A model generated the notes under the pieces. The model ran no database searches. It was not told where the DNA came from and saw only the letters and a list, made by a program, of their open reading frames with translations. A stretch of DNA of 11,925 nt, from contig JAZGDW010000165.1 in assembly GCA_036478295.1 (NCBI GenBank), positions 1 through 11,925 on the forward strand, given 5' to 3'. The stretch comes from Candidatus Krumholzibacteriia bacterium. GTDB lineage: Bacteria > Krumholzibacteriota > Krumholzibacteriia > WVZY01. Shown piece by piece: positions 1-6,294 of the stretch. The first letter of the stretch is position 1; the number at the start of each line of letters is the position of its first letter. A program made the position numbers and the translations under genes.

Positions 1-293
1 ATGCCCTGTTGCGTCGGCGACGGCCCCATGGCGGGAGCAGGGACGGCGCGGGGGTGGGTTGTTGACGGGACCGTCGCGAGAGCGAGCGAGGATCACGCGC
101 GGCGCGATGCAGGTCCTGTCAGCGAACAGCCCGTCCGTGCTCGCGGGCTGTGCGCAGCCGGGCGCCCGTTCGCTGCCACCCGCAGCGAGCCGCGGGTAGC
201 CGAGCGAAGCGGAGCGCGGGGACGGAGACAATCCAACAACGCACCACCCCCGCTGGAAGCGCAACGCGGGCCGTCGCCGACGCAACAGGGCGT
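1..293. repeat. Nested inverted-repeat element (MITE/REP-like or structured RNA); may extend beyond the window's left edge
   Basis: Perfect 24-bp IR: 3-26 GCCCTGTTGCGTCGGCGACGGCCC vs 268-291 GGGCCGTCGCCGACGCAACAGGGC. Inner IR 48-64 / 234-253 (17 bp, 3-nt bulge). Further helix 63-72 / 112-121, plus internal hairpins at about 131-225. Confidence 0.75.
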
Positions 294-315
294 CACGCCC
301 GCGAGAAAATCTCTC

Positions 316-344
316 TGGAGAAAAGGCCGATTTCGCGATAGAAT
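316..344 (+). promoter_or_regulatory. Putative sigma70-type promoter for the aldolase gene
   Basis: TGGAGA (316-321), 17-nt spacer, TAGAAT (339-344), about 90 nt upstream of ATG 435. Confidence 0.4.
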
Positions 345-434
345 TAGGAGCACGCGGGCCTGACGGCCGGGGCTCGGCTGGTGGTCCAGTCGATGCACGC
401 AAGAACTTCGGAGAATGTGTAAGGAGAGGGGACA

Positions 435-1358
435 ATGACAGAAGCGGTCAGAAAAATATTGGATGGTTATCCCGCCGACAACCCCGGCAGCCGGGCCAAC
501 CTGGCGCGGATCCTCAATCACGGGCGGCTGGCCGGTACCGGCAAGCTTGTGATCCTGCCGGTGGACCAGGGTTTCGAGCACGGACCCGCACGAAGCTTTG
601 CCGTCAACCCGGCGGGCTACGACCCGTTCTACCACGCCGAGCTCGCCATCGATGCCGGCTGCAACGCCTACGCCGCACCGTTCGGATCGATCGCGGCGAT
701 CGCCGACCGTTACGCGGCGGAGATTCCGCTGATTCTCAAGGTCAACAATCACGATTCGCTCACCGGCGAGAAGGATCCCGTTCCCGCCCTGACCAGCGAT
801 GTGCAGGACGCGCTGCGGCTGGGCTGCGCGGCCGTCGGTTTTACGATCTACCCGGGGTCGGCGATGTGGCGGGATATGTTCGAGCAGCTGCGCGAGGTGG
901 CCGCCGATGCAAAGGACGCCGGCCTCGCTGTGGTCGTCTGGTCCTATCCACGCGGCACCAATCTGAGCAGCGCGGGCGAGACGGGTATCGATGTGGTTGC
1001 CTATGCCGCCCAGATCGCCTCACAGATGGGCGCCCATATCGTTAAAGTCAAACTGCCAAGCGACCACATCGAGCAGGATGCGGCGCGCAAAGTCTACGAA
1101 GCCCAGGACGTGCCCATCGGTACCGTCGCCGATCGTGTGAAGCACGTCATCCAGAGCGCCTTCGATGGCCGGCGGGTGGTCATTTTTTCCGGTGGCAGCA
1201 AGCAAGGTGACGAACCGTTCTTCAACGACATCCGCGCGATCCGTGACGGCGGCGGCTTTGGCTCGATCATCGGGCGCAACTCGTTCCAGCGCCCGCGCGA
1301 CGCGGCCATCAAGTTCCTGCACACCGTCATGGACATCTATTCGGGAGCGATCGACTAG
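435..1358 (+). CDS. fbaB: Class I fructose-bisphosphate aldolase (DhnA/FbaB family)
   Basis: 307 aa. Motifs LPVDQGFEHGP, VVWSYPRG, AHIVKVK (Schiff-base Lys), FSGG, GRNSFQRP. SD AAGGAGAGGGG before the ATG. Confidence 0.95.
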   Translation: MTEAVRKILDGYPADNPGSRANLARILNHGRLAGTGKLVILPVDQGFEHGPARSFAVNPAGYDPFYHAELAIDAGCNAYAAPFGSIAAIADRYAAEIPLILKVNNHDSLTGEKDPVPALTSDVQDALRLGCAAVGFTIYPGSAMWRDMFEQLREVAADAKDAGLAVVVWSYPRGTNLSSAGETGIDVVAYAAQIASQMGAHIVKVKLPSDHIEQDAARKVYEAQDVPIGTVADRVKHVIQSAFDGRRVVIFSGGSKQGDEPFFNDIRAIRDGGGFGSIIGRNSFQRPRDAAIKFLHTVMDIYSGAID

Positions 1359-1542
1359 CCGCACCACGAAAGGTGTGCACCGCGCACCACTCCATCATTT
1401 ACTAACCATCTGTCACAGGGTCGGTTACGTACCGTGGTGAATAACCAACGCCCACCGTGGGTAGGTATATCGCCGGGTGTGTCGCCGCGCACGGGTACGT
1501 CCGCGAGCCGGCGGTAAGAGAAATCGACCTTCGGGCTTCCCC

Positions 1543-1559
1543 TTGGCAGTGGTTTTGCT
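1543..1559 (+). promoter_or_regulatory. Putative sigma54 (-24/-12) promoter upstream of the zf-lemA-htpX module
   Basis: TTGGCAGTGGTTTTGCT: GG (1545-46), 10 nt, GC (1557-58), close to the YTGGCACGNNNNTTGCW consensus, 48 nt upstream of TTG 1607. Confidence 0.6.
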
Positions 1560-1606
1560 ATCCTGTTACCCGACTTTCCCGGTTCTCGAGAGAAAAGGAG
1601 CTTCTG

Positions 1607-2002
1607 TTGAACTGTCCCGGCTGCAACTATCCCCTGATCGTGCTCGAAGTGGAGGGCGTCGAGATCGATCACTGTCTCGCCTGCAGCGGAGTGTGGCTCG
1701 ACGCCGGTGAGCTGGGGCTGCTGCTCGCGGACGCGGCCAACAAGGACGAGTTAATGCAGAGCCTGGCGGCGGGCGTGCAAGGAAAGGAAAAGAAGATTCG
1801 GTGCCCGATATGCCGGAAACATCTGGAAAAAGTAGACTATGGTACGGAGAAAAAAGTGCGTCTGGACAAATGCCCGAACAACGACGGACTATGGTTCGAC
1901 CGCGGCGAGCTGCTCGATATGATAAACATGGGCGAGTTTCCCGTGGACAACAGGGTATTCATATTGCTGCATCAAGTATTCGGGGACAAGAGCCAGGTAT
2001 GA
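1607..2002 (+). CDS. Protein with two tandem zf-TFIIB-type zinc-finger domains (131 aa)
   Basis: Start reassigned from 1457 to in-frame TTG 1607, which follows SD AAAGGAG. Repeats CPGC...IDHCLACSGVWLDAGEL and CPIC...LDKCPNNDGLWFDRGEL. Confidence 0.85.
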   Translation: MNCPGCNYPLIVLEVEGVEIDHCLACSGVWLDAGELGLLLADAANKDELMQSLAAGVQGKEKKIRCPICRKHLEKVDYGTEKKVRLDKCPNNDGLWFDRGELLDMINMGEFPVDNRVFILLHQVFGDKSQV

Positions 2003-2125
2003 GAACCGTCCCCGGCACACACTCCACGGCGCTGCGGGATGAAACGTAGCCCTCGCCGCGATCGAGCCGCGCGGCGCGAAAATCGGAGTGAGTGAGTCAC
2101 GGACTGTGCAAAGGAGGAAACGATA

Positions 2126-2677
2126 ATGATCTGGGTCATACTCGGAGTCATCGCGTTGGTTGTGGGTTATTTCGTCGGCATTTTCAACACGCTGGTCAGA
2201 CTGAGGAACCGCGTCAAGAACGCGTGGTCACAAATCGACGTGCAACTCAAGCGGAGGCACGACCTCATTCCCAATCTGGTCGAGACAGCCAAAGGGTACA
2301 TGTCGCACGAGCGGGAAACCCTCGAAAACATTACCAACGCCCGCAGCCGCGCCATGGGCGCCAGCAGTATGGGCGACAAATCGGCCGCGGAAGGCGAACT
2401 CGGGGGTGCGCTCAGCAAGTTCATGCTGGTTGTGGAAAACTATCCCGACCTCAAGGCCAACCAGAACTTTCTGGCGCTGCAGGAGGAGCTGACCTCGACC
2501 GAAAACAAGATCGCGTTCTCGAGGCAGAGTTACAACGATTCCGTGTTGTTCTTCAACAACAAGACCGAAGTGTTTCCTTCCAACATTCTGGCAAACACGT
2601 TCAACTTTACCAAGGAAGAGTTCTTCGAAATCGAGGACGCGGGCGAGCGCGTCGTTCCCAAAGTCAGCTTCACCTAA
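2126..2677 (+). CDS. lemA: LemA family membrane-anchored protein
   Basis: N-terminal TM helix. Motifs NAWSQIDVQLKRRHDLIPNLVETAKGY, VENYPDLKANQNFLALQEEL, TENKIAFSRQSYND, FPSN. SD AAAGGAGG. Confidence 0.96.
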   Translation: MIWVILGVIALVVGYFVGIFNTLVRLRNRVKNAWSQIDVQLKRRHDLIPNLVETAKGYMSHERETLENITNARSRAMGASSMGDKSAAEGELGGALSKFMLVVENYPDLKANQNFLALQEELTSTENKIAFSRQSYNDSVLFFNNKTEVFPSNILANTFNFTKEEFFEIEDAGERVVPKVSFT

Positions 2678-2710
2678 CGTCACACGGGATACCAGCGGGG
2701 GCAGATTGCC

Positions 2711-4168
2711 ATGATGTGGGAGCTGATACGCCAGAATCGAAGAAAGTCCATGACGCTGTTCGTCGGCATGGCGGTACTGCTCGTTGCACTCGGTTTCTTT
2801 ATCGGCAGCGCCTTCGATCCCGATAGAGGGGGCGTCATCGGTGTTATCGTCGCCGTGGGCATGTGGCTGGGGATCACGCTGATCAGCGTCAACTCGGCCA
2901 GCGGTATCCTTCTCAAAGTGAGCGGTGCCCGTGAAGTCACCAGGGACGTTCACCCGCGGTTGTTCAACGTCGTTGAGGAGATGAAAATCGCGGCGGGCCT
3001 GCCCGCGATGCCGAAGGTTTACATTATCGACGAGCCGTCGCCGAACGCGCTGGCCATCGGCATGAGCCCCGAAAAGAGTGCGATTGCGGTGACCGCAGGC
3101 CTCTTGACCCGCTTGAACCGCGACGAGCTCCAAGGCGTCGTCGCCCACGAGATGTCCCACATCGTCAACCGGGACTCGCAACTGATGACGGTCGCGGGGA
3201 TCATGCTGGGAAGCATCGTTCTCTTGTCCCAGGTGTTTCTGCGCAGCTGGTGGTTCATGCCCTCATCGTCACGCCGCTACCGGAGCAAGTCTCCCGGCGG
3301 CGGCAGTCCGCAGTTGCAGTTGATCATGGTCATCGTCGCCGTGTTACTGGCCATACTCGCGCCGATCTTCGCGCGGCTCCTCTACCTCGCCATTTCGAGA
3401 AAGAGAGAATACCTGGCGGACGCAACGGCCGTGCAGCTGACGCGCTACCCCGAGGGACTCGCCTCGGCGCTGGAGAAGATTTCCGCCGGCAGCATTCCGT
3501 TGGAGAGCGCGAACCAGGTCACCGCTCCGATGTATATTCACAGCCCGGTGCTGAAAAAGGGAAGAAAGCTCTCCGGGCTGGGCAGCACGCATCCACCGAT
3601 CCAGGAACGCATCAAGATACTGCGCTACATGTCGAAGGGCGCCGACTATTACACGTATCAAAAAGCCTTCAACCGGATGCACGGCAAGCCGACGCTGCTG
3701 ATTCCCGCGGGGTACCTCGACAAGAAAACCCGTACGCAAATAAGACAACCCACCGTCGAGCCGGAGGGAGCAACAGACGCCAAGACCCGGACGCGAGACG
3801 TCATGGATCTCATGCGGGCGGTCAACAACTATGCCTTTCTGGTGTGTGCATGCGGGCTAAAGATGAAGCTGCCGCCGAATCTACCCGACAAGAAGATCTC
3901 GTGTCCGAAATGCGGGCGCGATAACGAAGTTCCCGTAGCGGAGCTCGCCGCCATCGGAGCGATGGCCGCCGCCGCCGAGACCACCGAGTCTGCCCACCCC
4001 GTGGAGGGCGCCGCCGCCGGATCGCGAAGGCTCGAGTACACGCGCAAGGGAACCGGTTGGGAAACATTCGCTTGCGCATGCGGCAAGCTGCTGCAGATGT
4101 CGCCCGCCTTCAAAGGGTCACACCTCACCTGCAACACCTGCGGACGAACGACGCGCATAAAATACTAG
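2711..4168 (+). CDS. htpX: HtpX-like M48 membrane zinc metalloprotease with a C-terminal extension containing two zinc ribbons
   Basis: Two N-terminal TMs, PNALAIG, AVTAGLL, ELQGVVAHEMSH (HExxH), SRKREYLAD, LASALEKI, STHPPIQERI. Lies directly after lemA. The tail has two CACG-x15-CxxCG units. Start may be 2711 or 2714. Confidence 0.9.
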   Translation: MMWELIRQNRRKSMTLFVGMAVLLVALGFFIGSAFDPDRGGVIGVIVAVGMWLGITLISVNSASGILLKVSGAREVTRDVHPRLFNVVEEMKIAAGLPAMPKVYIIDEPSPNALAIGMSPEKSAIAVTAGLLTRLNRDELQGVVAHEMSHIVNRDSQLMTVAGIMLGSIVLLSQVFLRSWWFMPSSSRRYRSKSPGGGSPQLQLIMVIVAVLLAILAPIFARLLYLAISRKREYLADATAVQLTRYPEGLASALEKISAGSIPLESANQVTAPMYIHSPVLKKGRKLSGLGSTHPPIQERIKILRYMSKGADYYTYQKAFNRMHGKPTLLIPAGYLDKKTRTQIRQPTVEPEGATDAKTRTRDVMDLMRAVNNYAFLVCACGLKMKLPPNLPDKKISCPKCGRDNEVPVAELAAIGAMAAAAETTESAHPVEGAAAGSRRLEYTRKGTGWETFACACGKLLQMSPAFKGSHLTCNTCGRTTRIKY

Positions 4169-4236
4169 ACAAGCAGGCAGTGGATAGTATATCGGTTGCC
4201 CCTTGGGGTCCGTGGCACGGGCCGAAAGGAGTTGTC

Positions 4237-4707
4237 ATGAGGCGCATATTTCTAACCGTTATGATAGCCGTTTCGTTGTTTGCCGGATCCGCCGGTGCGA
4301 CCCGGGATGAGTTCGGGCTGGGAATCATTCTTGGCGAGCCAACCGGCATCAGCGGCAAGCTGTGGACGTCCGCCACCACCGCCGTGGACGGTGCGATAGC
4401 GTGGTCTTTTGGCAACCAGGATGCGCTGCATCTGCACGCGGATTATCTCATGCACCGTTTCGATTTGATTCACGTCGATCAGGGCAGGATGGCGGTTCAT
4501 TTTGGTCTCGGCGCTCGCCTGAAGTTCGACGACGACGACAGCTTTGGCATTCGTTTTCCGATCGGCCTCACTTATCTCGTGGCGAACTCACCGCTGGATA
4601 TTTTTCTCGAAGTGGTCCCGCTGCTCGACATTGTACCAGATACGGATTTCAATCCAAACGCGGCGATCGGGGTACGGTACTTTTTTGGCACGGCGAAGAA
4701 GTACTAG
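4237..4707 (+). CDS. Small exported outer-membrane beta-barrel-like protein (DUF3996/BAPKO_0422-like), 156 aa
   Basis: Start reassigned to ATG 4237 after SD AAAGGAG. Signal peptide MRRIFLTVMIAVSLFAGSAGA, motif GLGIILGEPTGISGK, alternating amphipathic strands, C-terminal strand GVRYFF. Confidence 0.75.
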   Translation: MRRIFLTVMIAVSLFAGSAGATRDEFGLGIILGEPTGISGKLWTSATTAVDGAIAWSFGNQDALHLHADYLMHRFDLIHVDQGRMAVHFGLGARLKFDDDDSFGIRFPIGLTYLVANSPLDIFLEVVPLLDIVPDTDFNPNAAIGVRYFFGTAKKY

Positions 4708-4794
4708 CAATCATAAGACACCCGCATTCGTGAACGCGGTTACCGGTTAGGCCGCATTCCCATGCGCCAGACTCCGTACCTTGCCAGTTGGCCC

Positions 4795-4823
4795 TTGCAC
4801 TCTGCTCAAATATCGGTTATGGT
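4795..4823 (+). promoter_or_regulatory. Putative sigma70-type promoter upstream of the KamA-like gene's leader
   Basis: TTGCAC (4795-4800), 17-nt spacer, TATGGT (4818-4823), in a locally AT-rich patch. Confidence 0.45.
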
Positions 4824-5026
4824 ATATAGAGTGGCTTTCATCACACATCGCTGTAGCTGATCACGCCTGATAGGGTCACACGCGATTTATCGCGGCTCGT
4901 GCCCATCACACAAATCTAGCGATACGAGTTCTGTCGTTACCAAGCACCGACCATCTGAGCCGCTGGCCGAATTGCCACTCCGCCGAAGTGCCATAAGTAC
5001 GTCCTGCGACGCAAGGAGGTGAAGAT

Positions 5027-6214
5027 TTGCCCAAACCCAAGTACATTACCAAAATTGAAAAGCTCGATGGATTATCGCAAGAGGAGAAATCGAGGCTGAA
5101 ACGCGTAACAGAGAAGTTTGTTTTTCGCACAAACGAGTACTACGTGTCACTGATTGATTGGGAGGACCCGAACGATCCCATAAGAAAACTGATTATTCCC
5201 GATGAGAGCGAGCTGGAGGAGTGGGGCAATCTTGATGCCTCCTATGAGGCGGAATATACCGTAGCGCCGGGCGTGGAACACAAGTATCGCTCCACAGCGC
5301 TGCTGCTGGTGAACGACGTGTGCGGTGCGTATTGCCGGTTCTGTTTTCGCAAGCGCCTGTTCATGGACGACAATGACGAGGTGGTCAAGGACATTACGGA
5401 AGGCCTGAAATATATCAGGGCCCATAAGGAGATCTCAAACGTACTCTTGACCGGCGGCGATCCGTTGATCATGTCAACGGGGCGGCTAGAGAAGATTATC
5501 AAGCAATTGCGTGATATCGATCACGTGCAGATTATTCGCATCGGTACCAAGATGCCGGCGTTCAACCCCATGCGCATAACTGAGGATCCCTCGCTGCTCG
5601 AAATGATCGCCAGATACAGCACGTTCGACAAAAGAATTTACATAATGGCTCATTTCAACCATCCCGTGGAACTGACCGACGTGGCGGTCGAAGGGTTGGG
5701 TCTTCTGCGGCAAGCTGGTGCGGTTACCGTGAATCAGACCCCGCTGATAGCGGGCATCAACGATAATCCGAGGGTGCTGGCCGAGCTGTTCAACAAGCTG
5801 TCGTATATCGGCGTACCGCCCTACTACGTTTTTCAGTGCCGGCCCACCCTTGGCAACCGGACTTACAGCGTGCCGGTCGAAGAGTCGTACGAGATTTTCG
5901 AGGAGGCTCGAAACAGGAGCTCCGGGCTGGCGAAACGAGCACGGCTGGTCATGTCGCACGAAACAGGCAAGATCGAAATCGCGGGGCTATCCGACACGCA
6001 CGTGTTCTTCAAGTATCTCCGGGCGGCGAATGACGAAGACAACTCGCGTTTCCTCGTGTTCGAGCGCAACGCGGAGGCCTGCTGGTTCGACGATTACAAA
6101 GAGGTGGAGCTTCAGGAAGTGCAAGACCTCCTCACCGGAACCAATTCTACGCACGTGACCACGGATTACTTTGCGTGGCCCCGTACAAGTGGACCGTGGA
6201 TGCGGCCCGATTAG
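5027..6214 (+). CDS. KamA-family radical SAM/PLP aminomutase-like protein (substrate probably not lysine)
   Basis: CxxxCxxC as CGAYCRFCFRKR; EHKY, VLLTGGDPL, IIRIGTK, HFNHPVE, NQTPLIAGIND, PYY; candidate PLP Lys in SHETGK. TTG start with strong SD AAGGAGGTG. Confidence 0.9.
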   Translation: MPKPKYITKIEKLDGLSQEEKSRLKRVTEKFVFRTNEYYVSLIDWEDPNDPIRKLIIPDESELEEWGNLDASYEAEYTVAPGVEHKYRSTALLLVNDVCGAYCRFCFRKRLFMDDNDEVVKDITEGLKYIRAHKEISNVLLTGGDPLIMSTGRLEKIIKQLRDIDHVQIIRIGTKMPAFNPMRITEDPSLLEMIARYSTFDKRIYIMAHFNHPVELTDVAVEGLGLLRQAGAVTVNQTPLIAGINDNPRVLAELFNKLSYIGVPPYYVFQCRPTLGNRTYSVPVEESYEIFEEARNRSSGLAKRARLVMSHETGKIEIAGLSDTHVFFKYLRAANDEDNSRFLVFERNAEACWFDDYKEVELQEVQDLLTGTNSTHVTTDYFAWPRTSGPWMRPD

Positions 6215-6247
6215 TTTTCTGTCGGCAAGACTGTTGTTTATGATATG

Positions 6248-6276
6248 CTCTCCCGAGTGACTCTCGGGAGAGTTTT
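6248..6276 (+). terminator. Rho-independent terminator-like hairpin after the KamA-like gene
   Basis: CTCTCCCGAG (6248-57), loop TGACT, CTCGGGAGAG (6263-72): perfect 10-bp stem followed by TTTTGTGT. Confidence 0.7.
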
Positions 6277-6294
6277 GTGTAATGGAGGTGATCG

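Noticed and set aside
1..363. ORFs 1..363 (+), 150..341 (+) and 93..752 (-)
   Set aside because: Arg/Ala/Pro-rich with no recognisable domain. They run through the inverted-repeat element or antisense to fbaB, and the shared PCCVGDGP peptide is just the IR.
1457..1606. N-terminal 50-aa extension of the zinc-finger ORF
   Set aside because: It spans the predicted promoter. TTG 1607 has a clear SD and begins exactly at the domain (MNCPGC).
4166..4193. TAGACA...TAGTAT/TATATC as a promoter for the beta-barrel gene
   Set aside because: No acceptable -10 hexamer at 16-18 nt spacing; too weak to call.
4057..4236. N-terminal extension of the beta-barrel ORF
   Set aside because: It overlaps htpX. 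ATG 4237 has an SD and starts a clean signal peptide.
4708..4752. GTTAGGC as an integron attC R' site (likewise ACCTAAC at the lemA stop as R'')
   Set aside because: No matching partner site at a suitable distance, no integrase, and the flanking genes are housekeeping.
4829..5000. Lysine (L-box) or SAM-I riboswitch upstream of the KamA-like gene
   Set aside because: Only isolated GCCGAA hexamers are present and the other conserved core segments are missing. Kept only as an unclassified structured leader.
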